Made by a program: the position numbers and the translations under genes
Shown: positions 31,774-45,860 of the stretch, in pieces
Layout: the number at the start of each line of letters is the position of its first letter
Numbering within the stretch: the first letter of the stretch is position 1
Notes under the pieces: generated by a model
Seen by the model: the letters and a program-made list of their open reading frames with translations, nothing else
Databases searched by the model: none
Told to the model about the DNA's origin: nothing
Assembly: GCA_040954595.2 (NCBI GenBank)
Contig: CM082578.2
Coordinates: 18,474,452 to 18,538,451, forward strand
Length of the DNA: 64,000 nucleotides
Origin: Balanoglossus misakiensis
Lineage: Eukaryota; Animalia; Hemichordata
Reading direction: 5' to 3'

Positions 31774-34700
31774 AGTGTCAAGTCGAAGAATCAAATCCTG
31801 TTGGTGTTGAAAAGTTATGCCTGTATAATTTTTAATACACCCATGACCCTTTTTGTCTAAATTCCACCAAATCAATAACAGGACAGATCAACAAATTTTA
31901 TGTACATGTGTACCTACATTAGAATAAGTTAGTCAAACAGTTTCCATACAGAGATTTTTAATTACTGTGTTATAAGAAAAGAAGTTTTCTTCATAGCAAA
32001 TTACAAAAACATTAATTTTCCAGTTTATTCAATTTCCTGAGAGAATACTTGTCTACATAGTTTTCTCCCTTCTTTTCACCCGTTTTTGTCTTTTCCTGAA
32101 CTGCGACATCGTCATCTTGTCTGTTGTTAGGACTGCACACTGCGTTATGGCATTGACTGTATAAAAAAATTTGTAACCACATTCTCTGGTTTGGCACGTA
32201 CACATAAGATGATTGTCACCCATAAAGGCTTATGACCTTTAGTAATTAGTAAAAGATCAGTTGTTTCTAAAAGAGGTGAACCCTTAATAATACTGCTATT
32301 TTTTATACATGTATGTTGGTAAATACTAAATTTTGAACTTGTCATTACATGGGATATGGCTAATAACTTGACACAAATGAACCCAAATGATGTGAATGAT
32401 GGCAGCTTAGACCCTCCTAACTGACAATCCTTGACACTAATAACAAGAAGGATAACTGTCGCCCAACAACATTAAACCATTATTTGCAAAGAACTTCAGT
32501 GTAGTGCTTCTCCAGTGTTAGCAGAACTAGATTAAGAACTAAAATTATCCTTGGTACTGCGTCTTCGCTTCAATTTTGTCAAGCCCGATAGTGACACACT
32601 TCTGTTTTGGTTCTTTTTTTGAACTTTTCAGAGAAGCGTAAAGAGTCATCATGGATCTGTCAAGTACTTTGACACAGTCACAGTACCTGTTCTGACGTCA
32701 CACAGTGGCTATAAGCCTCACCTGAGGTGGTTTATGGCATCAAAACAGAGCATATCAACTGACATTTCACCTTTCAGTAAACATATGACATCACTTAAAC
32801 ACAGGCAGTGTTCGGTGGCAAACCTCTACAACTTCTTCACATGGCATTTCCAGTTGAGAATAGATATCATCACATGTCCAAATTTCATACATTAGGGTAG
32901 CATATCGCAAGTGGCTGGTAGATGGTTTACTTTTTGTATAATTTACACAATAATACCGCCATTATATTCTGGCTGTTAATTTTCAAATATTGATTTAATG
33001 GAGAGGCGTGCCTAATTAGAGATAATTGAAAAGCCAGCCCAATTGCCATTCGGGTACTGATATTGAGGTGTATATATGGACAGGTTGAAAAGCGATTTAA
33101 ATGACAATATTCAGGTATTTTCAAAGCTCTTCATTCACATTACATGGTGCATGTATAATCCGTCTACCGGTAGGCCTGTCCGCAATCCTGGTCTGTGTTC
33201 ATGTTCACACATTTGAAGGCAGTACCTGACTCAGGGCTGGTGTAAATGATAGTGTCTTGGACTCCTAGATGCCCGAAATCAACGGCAAGCACTATAACTG
33301 GAACAAGTGTGTGTTCACGCTACAGTTTTAGGCAGGACCTAAAACCTCTCTGTACACAGACCCAAACTACCTTTAGTAGTCTTGTAGTTTTGTTCTGATC
33401 TGGAATAACTCGAACTTGAAATGAAATGAACCCATGAATTTCTGATATAGTATTGGCTAATTTGTATAACAGTGGAATGATTATGAGTTTCTCTTGTTTT
33501 TCCACAATCAGAAAGTAGTGGCTTACACTCTTTATTGGCACAAACAATTCTTGTCCCAAACTGTGGTTTTAATACACACAATATTACAGTTGACACTGAT
33601 AAAAACAAACTTTCATCAAAATTATGACTCATAGTAACACAATACCATTGCCCATTTCCCTTAAACATCATATTCATCATTTTAAATATTTTTTTTTCAA
33701 TGCTTATTTAAATGAAGTCCGATCATCAAAGTGCAATTAATTTTAGAAAGGGCAACATCTCATCTATAACATATTGGAGAACTGATCTCAAAACTATACA
33801 AATAGAGCAAAGAAAGAGTTGTTGGAAAGAATCTCTATAAATCTCACTGTCTTGAAAATTGACACTCGTCCGTACGTACGTATGTGTGTGTTAGTCTATG
33901 TGAGATGTACGAATTACCTAGTTTGACTCTGTAGCTACTGGCATTCCTGTACAAGTAAGCAAGTATGTAGGCTAATCTTTTGACATGTGCTGCACAATCT
34001 CTGAAATTATAAGGCTTGAAAGAGCATTTTTTCTTACTTTCCTCAAATTTTATCTGTGAGACCTGTTTTTCTACATTTTCATATTTGTTATTTGACTTCA
34101 TGTTATGCAAAACCTCTCCAGCACCGCGATGAATGAGTTGGTTGCTGCAAAGGATCGATGTAGTAATTCGTGGGCTTCTGGCCGTTGGTGGCGTCCCGCT
34201 GCACAGGTGAGACGCTGTTTGTGATCACCTTTGCAGCGCAACTTATCGAGGGTCGCGACTTGACGAGGGTCCACTGCACCTGTGCTACGAGCCCATCCAC
34301 GTGTTTAAACGCAAATAGCGCAGAACGACCCGGACTATCAATAGAAGAACAGCCTACATGATTTTGCCTGACAAGCTACGGGAATCTCTACAGCCCGGAA
34401 CCCAAGATAAAAAACATAGTATCTACCAGGTAAGCAGCCGGTATTTTCTACAATTACCGCTGTGACTTTTCGACCCTAGTTGGGAAAGGTGAAGAACTCC
34501 GTAATAATTTTAGCCAATTTTCGAGAGAGAGTAGTCGGAGTACTCGCTATTGTTCCAAGTTGCGACATGATTTTCCGCTTGCAACGTGGCGCGGACGCCC
34601 AAGTGCTTTCGGTTTTCAAAACTTGCACCAAATACATCGCCTTTTCGTTAGTTTTTTTTGTCTGGTTGGAGAACAAGTGGTATGTAGCCGAGAGAAAACT

Positions 34701-35707
34701 AGAAGCTGTTGCGGTAATATTGATTGAAGTTTGAATGCTGGGGGCAAGTTCAATAAATGATGTTAGGGGAGATTTTTCGGAGTTTGCGCACATTTTCTAG
34801 CCCGTTTATTACTGCATGTTTGCGTGTAACAAAATCCGCCTTCAATTTCGAAACTTCGCTAGTTTTTTGGTTTCAAAACATCGCGCAGAACTGGATTTGA
34901 CTCTTCCGACCAGCGCGGCAATTGGTTAGTGTTGAAACTGTTTAATCATTTGCGTATTAATATTAGGTGTCACATTATATTACTCTGTATTCTTGTGGGT
35001 TCTATTATATGTGACATTTCTTTCAAAATTAAAACTGACGGGAATACTTAACTTATTTCATAATTGAAAATCTTCTGTCTTTTCCCACTCCCATGATAGC
35101 ATGAAAAAAGCAACGCTGCTGAACACTGTAGAAAGGTACCATCGTTTGAATTCGTAAGGAAAAAAACTTTCCTTTAGTCGGTGGGTTGAAATACATCGTA
35201 AGAATATATTTTAGTCTGTGACTGGAACAAAGTACAACACAATAGGAAATGATGTTCATCTTCGTTTTCGTTACTGTCATACAACAAGCAAATCCTTTCG
35301 TTTTTATCTACGCTGTGCTTTCTATCTGTTATCAAAATGTTCATGAAAAGCTGCATGAAAAAAACATCTTCCTAAAATCACAATTTCGTCACCATAATTA
35401 TTTTCAAAAAGATCATTTTGTAGTTCAAAGATGCCATATAATATCCAAATTTTAATTACAAGTGATATATGTAACCAAAAAGGGAGGTTCTGTAACATGC
35501 ATTTAAAAAACGGGGGTCCCCACACCCGTTTTCCTGTAAACCCACAAAATGTTGTTTATACTATAATATTGCATGTAGTTCTACATATCCAACCGATAGA
35601 GGGTGCTGTTTAATATTCGGATGCCCGCAACGTACCTTAAGTACAATAATGCTTTTTTTGTTATAAGTTAAATTTGGTCAACTATTTAACACAGAATTTT
35701 GCCGTAT

Positions 35708-35800
35708 ATACTGTAAACACTCAGGATTTTTTTCGCGACAGTAAATTTTCGCGATATCAAAAGAGGAGACTGTTACGCGACGATTAATTTTTCGCGTTCG
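35708..35800 (+). mobile_element. Single end of a Tc1/mariner-like MITE (TA|CTGTAAA followed by repeated TTCGCG motifs)
   Basis: tatactgtaaac followed by ttttcgcgacag..ttttcgcgat..ttttcgcg. The matching second end was not found. Confidence 0.35.
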
Positions 35801-36169
35801 TATATTTCACTAACTGCATCGTTATCTCTGTAAAACTTCCATTCTACGATGATTTGTCGCATTAGAAGCACGATTCTTGGCTGCAAACCTTGATGTTCAA
35901 ACAAATTGTGCAATGTATATCAAAGTCATGAAACCGCAACCATTTTAATGCGTACGTGTGTTGGTCTGTTTGCAAGAGTGTGCATGAATACAGCCGAGCT
36001 GGTGTGTTGCATTTCACGATGTACGTAAATCACACATGTTTATTCGCGACTTCAGGCATTTAGGTTTCCATGGCATTGCAGTAATGGACTCCACTCTTCA
36101 ATTCTACTAAGGCATGTTTTTATAGATCCGTATTCAATTTGAGTGTGTTTTATCATAGACCATGTAGGG

Positions 36170-37140
36170 TCCATGATCGCAGATGAAGATATCTGGATGC
36201 CAAATGAAGAGAAGACACAGGTTTTTAGTCAGCATTTTAAGAGTTTATGAATGGATTGCGTTCTGTCCAGTTTTCTCTTAAAGCGACAAAATCACTTTTT
36301 GCCCTTTCAAAGATATCAAGTATACATTGATTACTCGTATTATGTTTGTGTTAAAAATTGATGTTGATTTGTAACCATCATTTTCTGTCATACAAAATCA
36401 ATCTCTAAACGGTCAAAAATGAGTGAATTTTGCTCCTTAATCTGTTGATCCAGTGAAGATTATGGCATTGACATTGACTTTCCGTATGCGTTCCCTTGAT
36501 CACACTGGTTACTTGTGGAGAATATGAATTATGTTAATTAGCACACTTGTTTACTATCACAGTTGAAGAGCTTCCCAATTGTTGCAGCCGTTGGGAAAAC
36601 TTCATGACAAGAAGGATTCAGATTAGGACACAGTATGAATTCTCATACACATACATACATGAACATGTGCGTTTAATGTGTGTTAAAACAATATTACAGA
36701 GAGAACAAGTCTGTAACCATTTAACTCAACTACGCTTATTTAACTGTAGCCTAAATGTCCATATGATTCAGTAATTCTAAAAATTAAATGTATTCATTGA
36801 GGAAATTTTGTTTAGTGAATTGTGCAGTCAAATCAAATTGATTCAATCTAGAAAACTGTTTTTGCCATTTCAGCCATTTTTCTAACTTCAATATTAACGT
36901 ACTAACACACCATTAACTAACTATAACAACTAATACTTTGGCTGGAGTGGTATAAGCAGGCTATGAGAAACTTGTATTCTTGTGACTATTTCTATTTTTC
37001 ATAATGAGCCAGTTAGAAGTATACAGATAAAATTAAGAATTGTATTCTAATTCAATTTAAATTAGCCGTATTTCCCAAAATCTGAAAGTGAAGGTCAGGA
37101 AAATTACTCATTTCAAACTTTAGGGTACAGAATTGTTCTC
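36170..37140 (+). repeat. Copy 1 of a diverged ~0.8-0.95-kb direct duplication
   Basis: Colinear matches with 45860-46680: caagtatacattga, atctctaaa, gacattgactttcc, gaaggattcagattaggacacagtat, aactgtagcctaaatgtccata, caaattgattcaatct, taacaactaatactt, agtgaaggtcaggaaaatta, gggtacaga...tctatgtatg. Confidence 0.85.
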
Positions 37141-37610
37141 TATGTATGTATGTATGTATGTATGTATGTATGTATGTATGTATGTATGTATGTATGTATG
37201 TATGTATGTATGTATGTATGTATGCATGTATGCATGTATGCATGTATGCATGTATGTATGTATGTATGTATGTATGTATGTATGTATGTATGTATGTATG
37301 TATGTATGTATGTATGTATGTATGTATGCATGCATGTATGTATGTATGTATGTATGTATGTATGTATGTATGTATGTATGTATGCATGCATGCATGCATG
37401 CATGCATGCATGCATGCATGCATGCATGCATGCATGTTTGTATGTATGTATGTATGCATGCATGCATGCATGCATGCATGTATGTATGCATGTATGTATG
37501 TATACATGTATGTATGTATGCATGTATGTATGTATGCATGTATGTAATGTATGCATGTATGTAATGTATGTAATGTATGCATGTATGTATGCATGTAATG
37601 TATGTGTATG
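37141..37610. repeat. (TATG)n/(CATG)n compound microsatellite, ~470 bp
   Basis: Seen directly. It explains the spurious MYVC/HTYI ORFs. Confidence 0.97.
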
Positions 37611-37829
37611 TGAATTCCTATTGTATCCTTGTCCGAATTTTATCTTGTCATGAAGTTCTTCCAATGTCTACAATAGTTGAGAAGCTTTCCAACTGTGATG
37701 GTAGATAAGTTAAGCAAATTTGTTGGTAATTGTTTACTAGTGTGCTATAATATAACAGAAACTAACAATATTGAAGTATAAATGCTTTAAGTTACGCAGG
37801 AAGGATGACGACAAAATTCCAAATGATGC

Positions 37830-40800
37830 CAATAGTAGAAGTGGACAAGGACTTGGTCTTCCAGTCAGCCAATAAAGTACTTGCATGATGGCAGATGAAG
37901 CAAGTTCAAGCATGAAGACTGATGTTAATTTCTAAATGGTGCCAACGGTAGAAGTGGACAAGGACTTGGTTTCCCAGTCACCCAATAAACTACTTGTATG
38001 ATGGCAGATGAAGATATTTGGATATCAAATAAAGAAAACATACAGGTTTGCAGTCAACATTTTAAGAGTGTATATAGTATTGGAACAAATCCAAACTTAA
38101 CACATTGAATCAATTTTATAAAATGTGTCACCACTTTCTTCTTTGATCATGAATCATGTTTTTTCCGTTGTTTTGTTAGAATATGGCGAAGAGTGCAGGC
38201 TGATGTTGTGTATCTGAATGTTGCCATTGGTAGAAGTGGACAAGGACTTGGTTTCCCAGTCACCCAATAAACTACTTGTATGATGGCAGATGAAGATATT
38301 TGGATATCAAATAAAGAAAACATACAGGTTTGCAGTCAACATTTTAAGAGTGTATATAGTATTGGAACAAATCCAAACTTAACACATTGAATCAATTTTA
38401 TAAAATGTGTCACCACTTTCTTCTTTGATCATGAATCATGTTTTTTCCGTTGTTTTGTTAGAATATGGCGAAGAGTGCAGGCTGATGTTGTGTATCTGAA
38501 TGTTGCCATTGGTAGAAGTGGACAAGGACTTGGTTTCCCAGTCACCCAATAAACTACTTGCATGATGGCAGATGAAGATATTTGGATGTCAAATAAAGAA
38601 AACATACAGGTTTGCAGTCAAAATTTTAAGAGTATATATAGTATTGGAACAAATCCAAATTTAACTCATCGAATCAATTTATACAATCTTTCGCCAATTT
38701 GTTCATTAATGATGTATAATATTTTTCTGTTCTTTTGTTAGAATATGGCGAAGAGTGCAGGCTGATGTTGTGTATCTGAATGTTGCCATTGGTAGAAGTG
38801 GACAAGGACTTGGTCTTGCTTTCACTCAATAAACTCTGCATGATGGCAGATGAAGATATTTGGATGTCAAATAAAGAAAACATACAGGTTTGCAGTCAAC
38901 ATTTTAAGAGTGTATATAGTGTTGGAACAAATCCAAACTCAACTCATTGAATCAATTTTATAAAATATGTCACCACTTTGTTCATTGATCATGAATAATT
39001 TTTTTTCTGTTGTTTTGTCAGAATATGGCAAAGAGTGCAGGCTGATGTTGTGTATCTGAATGTTGCAATTGGTAGAAGTGGACAAGGACTTGGTTTCCCA
39101 GTCACCCAATAAACTACTTGCATGATGGCAGATGAAGATATTTGGATGTCAAATACAGAACACATACAGGTTTGCAGTCAACATTTTAAGAGTGTATATA
39201 GTGTTGGAACAAATCCAAGCTTAACTCATTGAATCAATTTTATAAAATATGTCACTACTTTGTTCATTGATCATGAATATTTTTTTCTGTTGTTTTGTTA
39301 GAATATGGCGAAGAGTTCAGGGTGATGTTGTGTATCTGAATGTTGCCAATGGTAGAAGTGGACAAGGACATGGTCTTCCAGTCAGCCAATAAAGTACTTG
39401 CATGATGGGAGATGAAGCAAGGTCAAGCATGAAGACTGATGTTTAATTTCTAAATGGTGCCAACGGTAGAACTGGACAAGGACTTGGTCTTGCAGTCAGC
39501 CAATAAACATCCTGCATGATGGCAGATGAAGATATTTGGATGTCAAATAAAGAAAACATACAGGTTTGTAGTCAACATTTTAAGAGTGTATATATTATTG
39601 TAACAAATCCAAATTTAACTCATCGAATCAATTTATACAATCTTTCGCCAATTTGTTCATTAATCATGGATAATATTTTTCTGTTCTTTTGTTAGAATAT
39701 GGCGAAGAGTGCAGGCTGATGTTGTGTATCTGAATGTTAACATTGGTCGAAGTGGACAAGAACTTGGTCTTGCTTTCACTCAATAAACTCTGCATGATGG
39801 CAGATGAAGATATTTGGATGTCAAATAAAGAAAACATACAGGTTTGCAGTCAACATTTTAAGAGTGTATATAGTGTTGGAACAAATCCAAACTTAACTCA
39901 TTGAATCAATTTTATAAAATATGTCACCACTTTGTTCATTGATCATGAATATTTTTTTCTGTTGTTTTGTTAGAATATGGCGAAGAGTGCAGGGTGATGT
40001 TGTGTATCTGAATGTTGCCATTGGTGGAAGTGGACATGGACATGGTCTTCCAGTCACCCAATAAACTACTTGCATGATGGCAGGTGAAGATATTTGGATA
40101 TCAAATAAAGAACACATACAGGTTTGCAGTCAACATTTTAAGAGTGTATATAGTGTTGGAACAAATCCAAACTTTACTCATTGAATCAATTTTATAAAAT
40201 ATGTCACCACTTTGTTCATTGATCATGAATAATTTTTTTCTGTTGTTTTGTTAGAATATGGCGAAGAGTTCAGGGTGATGTTGTGCATCTGAATGTTGCC
40301 AATGGTAGAAGTGGACAAGGACATGGTCTTCCAGTCAGCCAATAAAGTACTTGCATGATGGCAGATGAAGCAAGGTCAAGCATGAAGACTGATGTTTAAT
40401 TTCTAAATGGTGCCAACGGTAGAAGTGGACAAGGACTTGGTCTTGCAGTCAGCCAATAAACAACCTGCATGATGGCAGATGAAGATATTTGGATGTCAAA
40501 TAAAGAAAACATACAGGTTTGCAGTCAACATTTTAAGAGTGTATATAGTATTGGAACAAATCCAAATTCAACTCATCGAATCAATTTATACAATCTTTCG
40601 CCAATTTGTTCATTAATCATGTATAATATTTTTCTGTTCTTTTGTTAGAATATGGCGAAGAGTGCAGGCTGATGTTGTGTATCTGAATGTTGCCATTGGT
40701 AGAAGTGGACAAGGACTTGGTCTTGCTTTCACTCAATAAACTCTGCATGATGGCAGATGAAGATATTTGGATGTCAAATAAAGAAAACATACAGGTTTGC

Positions 40801-43800
40801 AGTCAACATTTTAAGAGTGTATATAGTGTTGGAACAAATCCAAACTCAACTCATTGAATCAATTTTATAAAATATGTCACCACTTTGTTCATTGATCATG
40901 AATAATTTTTTTTCTGTTGTTTTGTTAGAATATGGCAAAGAGTGCAGGCTGATGTTGTGTATCTGAATGTTGCCATTGGTAGAAGTGGACATGGACATGG
41001 TCTTCCAGTCACCCAATAAACTACTTGCATGATGGCAGGTGAAGATATTTGGATGTCAAATAAAGAACACATACAGGTTTGCAGTCAACATTTTAAGAGT
41101 GTATATAGTGTTTGAACAAATCAAAACTTAACTCATTGAATCAATTTTATAAAATATGTCACCACTTTGTTCATTGATCATGAATAATTTTTTTATGTTG
41201 TTTAGTTAGAATATGGCGAAGAGTTCAGGGTGATGTTGTGTATCTGAATGTTGCCAATGGTAGAAGTGGACAAGGACAAGGTCTTCCAGTCAGCCAATAA
41301 AGTACTTGCATGATGGGAGATGAAGCAAGGTCAAGCATGAAGACTGATGTTTAATTTCTAAATGGTGCCAACGGTAGAACTGGACAAGGACTTGGTCTTG
41401 CAGTCAGCCAATAAACATCCTGCATGATGGCAGATGAAGATATTTGGATGTCAAATAAAGAAAACATACAGGTTTGTAGTCAACATTTTAAGAGTGTATA
41501 TATTATTGGAACAAATCCAAATTTAACTCATCGAATCAATTTATACAATCTTTCGCCAATTTGTTCATTAATCATGTATAATATTTTTCTGTTCTTTTGT
41601 TAGAATATGGCGAAGAGTGCAGGCTGATGTTGTGTATCTGAATGTTGCCATTGGTAGAAGTGGACAAAGACTTGGTCTTGCTTTCACTCAATAAACTCTG
41701 CATGATGGCAGATGAAGATATTTGGATGTCAAATAAAGAAAACATACAGGTTTGCAGTCAACATTTTAAGAGTGTATATAGTGTTGGAACAAATCCAAAC
41801 TCAACTCATTGAATCAATTTTATAAAATATGTCACCACTTTGTTCATTGATCATGAATAATTTTTTTTCTGTTGTTTTGTTAGAATATGGCAAAGAGTGC
41901 AGGCTGATGTTGTGTATCTGAATGTTGCCATTGGTAGAAGTGGACATGGACATGGTCTTCCAGTCACCCAATAAACTACTTGCATGATGGCAGGTGAAGA
42001 TATTTGGATGTCAAATAAAGAACACATACAGGTTTGCAGTCAACATTTTAAGAGTGTATATAGTGTTGGAACAAATCAAAACTTAACTCATTGAATCAAT
42101 TTTATAAAATATGTCACCACTTTGTTCATTGATCATGAATATTTTTTTTTATGTTGTTTAGTTAGAATATGGCGAAGAGTTCAGGGTGATGTTGTGTATC
42201 TGAATGTTGCCAATGGTAGAAGTGGACAAGGACATGGTCTTCCAGTCAGCCAATAAAGTACTTGCATGATGGGAGATGAAGCAAGGTCAAGCATGAAGAC
42301 TGATGTTTAATTTCTAAATGGTGCCAACGGTAGAACTGGACAAGGACTTGGTCTTGCAGTCAGCCGATAAACATCCTGCATGATGGCAGATGAAGATATT
42401 TGGATGTCAAATAAAGAAAACATACAGGTTTGTAGTCAACATTTTAAGAGTGTATATATTATTGGAACAAATCCAAATTTAACTCATCGAATCAATTTAT
42501 ACAATCTTTCGCCAATTTGTTCATTAATCATGGATAATATTTTTCTGTTCTTTAGTTAGAATATGGCGAAGAGTGCAGGCTGATGTTGTGTATCTGAATG
42601 TTGCCATTGGTAGAAGTGGACAAAGACTTGGTCTTGCTTTCACTCAATAAACTCTGCATGATGGCAGATGAAGATATTTGGATGTCAAATAAAGAAAACA
42701 TACAGGTTTGCAGTCAACATTTTAAGAGTGTATATAGTGTTGGAACAAATCCAAACTCAACTCATTGAATCAATTTTATAAAATATGTCACCACTTTGTT
42801 CATTGATCATGAATAATTTTTTTTCTGTTGTTTTGTTAGAATATGGCAAAGAGTGCAGGCTGATGTTGTGTATCTGAATGTTGCCATTGGTAGAAGTGGA
42901 CATGGACATGGTCTTCCAGTCACCCAATAAACTACTTGCATGATGGCAGGTGAAGATATTTGGATGTCAAATAAAGAACACATACAGGTTTGCAGTCAAC
43001 ATTTTAAGAGTGTATATAGTGTTGGAACAAATCAAAACTTAACTCATTGAATCAATTTTATAAAATATGTCACCACTTTGTTCATTGATCATGAATATTT
43101 TTTTTTATGTTGTTTAGTTAGAATATGGCGAAGAGTTCAGGGTGATGTTGTGTATCTGAATGTTGCCAATGGTAGAAGTGGACAAGGACATGGTCTTCCA
43201 GTCAGCCAATAAAGTACTTGCATGATGGGAGATGAAGCAAGGTCAAGCATGAAGACTGATGTTTAATTTCTAAATGGTGCCAACGGTAGAACTGGACAAG
43301 GACTTGGTCTTGCAGTCAGCCAATAAACATCCTGCATGATGGCAGATGAAGATATTTGGATGTCAAATAAAGAAAACATACAGGTTTGTAGTCAACATTT
43401 TAAGAGTGTATATATTATTGGAACAAATCCAAATTTAACTCATCGAATCAATTTATACAATCTTTCGCCAATTTGTTCATTAATCATGGATAATATTTTT
43501 CTGTTCTTTTGTTAGAATATGGCGAAGAGTGCAGGCTGATGTTGTGTATCTGAATGTTGCCATTGGTAGAAGTGGACAAGGACTTGGTCTTGCTTTCACT
43601 CAATAAACTCTGCATGATGGCAGATGAAGATATTTGGATGTCAAATAAAGAAAACATACAGGTTTGCAGTCAACATTTTAAGAGTGTATATAGTGTTGTA
43701 ACAAATCCAAACATAACTCATTGAATCAATTTTATAAAATATGTCACCACTTTGTTCATTGATCATGAATAATTTTTTTTCTCTTGTTTTGTTAGAATAT

Positions 43801-45860
43801 GGCAAAGAGTGCAGGCTGATGTTGTGTATCTGAATGTTGCCATTGGTAGAAGTGGACAAGGACTTGGTTTCCCAGTCACCCAATAAACTACTTGCATGAT
43901 GGCAGATGAAGATATTTGGATGTCAAATAAAGAACACATACAGGTTTGCAGTCAACATTTTAAGAGTGTATATAGTGTTGGAACAAATCCAAACTTAACT
44001 CATTGAATCAATTTATACAATCTTTCGCCAATTTGTTCATTAATCATGGATAATATTTTTCTGTTCTTTTGTTAGAATATGGCGAAGAGTGCAGGCTGAT
44101 GTTGTGTATCTGAATGTTGCCATTGGTAGAAATGGACAAGGACTTGGTCTTGCTTTCACTCAATAAACTCTGCATGATGGCAGATGAAGATATTTGGATG
44201 TCAAATAAAGAAAACATACAGGTTTGCAATCAACATTTTAAGAGTGTATATAGTGTTGGAACAAATCCAAACTTAACTCATTGAATCAATTTTATAAAAT
44301 ATGTCGCCACTTTGTTCATTGATCATGAATAATTTTGTTTCTGTTGTTTTGTTAGAATATGGCAAAGAGTGCAGGCTGATATTGTGTATCTGAATGTTGC
44401 CATTGGTAGAAGTGGACAAGGACTTGGTTTCCCAGTCACCCAATAAACTACTTGCATGATGGCAGATGAAGATATTTGGATGTCAAATAAAGAACACATA
44501 CAGGTTTGCAGTCAACATTTTAAGAGTGTATATAGTGTTGGAACAAATCCAAACTTAACTCATTGAATCAATTTATACAATCTTTCGCCAATTTGTTCAT
44601 TAATCATGGATAATATTTTTCTGTTCTTTTGTTAGAATATGGCGAAGAGTGCAGGCTGATGTTGTGTATCTGAATGTTGCCATTGGTAGAAATGGACAAG
44701 GACTTGGTCTTGCTTTCACTCAATAAACTCTGCATGATGGCAGATGAAGATATTTGGATGTCAAATAAAGAAAACATACAGGTTTGCAATCAACATTTTA
44801 AGAGTGTATATAGTGTTGGAACAAATCCAAACTTAACTCATTGAATCAATTTTATAAAATATGTCGCCACTTTGTTCATTGATCATGAATAATTTTGTTT
44901 CTGTTGTTTTGTTAGAATATGGCAAAGAGTGCAGGCTGATATTGTGTATCTGAATGTTGCCATTGGTAGAAGTGGACAAGGACTTGGTTTCCCAGTCACC
45001 CAATAAACTACTTGCATGATGGCAGATGAAGATATTTGGATGTCAAATAAAGAACACATACAGGTTTGCAGTCAACATTTTAAGAGTGTATATAGTGTTG
45101 GAACAAATCCAAACTTAACTCATTGAATCAATTTTATAAAATATGTCACCACTTTGTTCATTGATCATGAATAATTTTGGTTCTGTTGTTTTGTTAGAAT
45201 ATGGCAAAGAGTGCAGGCTGATGTTGTGTATCTGAATGTTGCCATTGGTAGAAGTGGACAAGGGCTAGGTCTTGCTTTCACCCAATAAACTCTGCATGAT
45301 GGCAGATGAAGATATTTGGATTTCAAATAAAGAAAACATACAGGTTTGCAGTCAACATTTTAAGAGTGTATATAGTATTGGAACAAATCTAAATTTAACT
45401 AATTGAATCAATTTATACAATCTTTCGCCAATTTGTTCATTAATCATGGATAACATTTTTCTGTTCTTTTGTTAGAATATGGCGAAGAGTGCAGGCTGAT
45501 GTTGTGTATCTGAATGTTGCCATTGTTAGAAGTGGACAAGGACTTGGTCTTGCAATCACCCCATAAACTATTTGCATGATGGCAGATGAACATATCTGGT
45601 TTTCAAATGAAGAAAATATAAAGGTTTGTAGTCAATATTTTAAGAGTGTGTGTAGTATTGGAACACATCCAAATTTAACTTAAGCTGAATGAATCAATGC
45701 TATAAAACGTGTCCCCACTTCATTCATTAAACGCGAATCTATTTTTTCTGTTTCTTTTTTAGCTCAAGCTGAAGTGTGAAGACTGGTGATTTTCCAAATG
45801 ATGATGATGGTAGAAATGGACAAGGACTTGGTCTACCAGCAACCCAATGAAATACTTGCA
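37830..45860. repeat. AT-rich subtelomeric satellite with a ~280-bp monomer and ~955-bp and 560-bp higher-order repeats
   Basis: Monomer period is 282 (cccaataaactacttg at 37981 and 38263). ggtcaagcatgaagac occurs at 39421, 40374, 41329, 42285 and 43241. Identical ORFs at 44044 and 44604 are 560 bp apart. Confidence 0.95.

Noticed and set aside
35504-35532. Small GC hairpin resembling a Helitron 3' end
   Set aside because: No CTRR terminus follows at the expected distance and there are no other Helitron features.
37052-37664. ORFs rich in HTYI/MYVC/MHAC
   Set aside because: They are translations of the (TATG/CATG)n microsatellite.
38674-44789. Short repeated ORFs in the 280-bp satellite
   Set aside because: They have no domain signature, and stops and indels vary between monomers.
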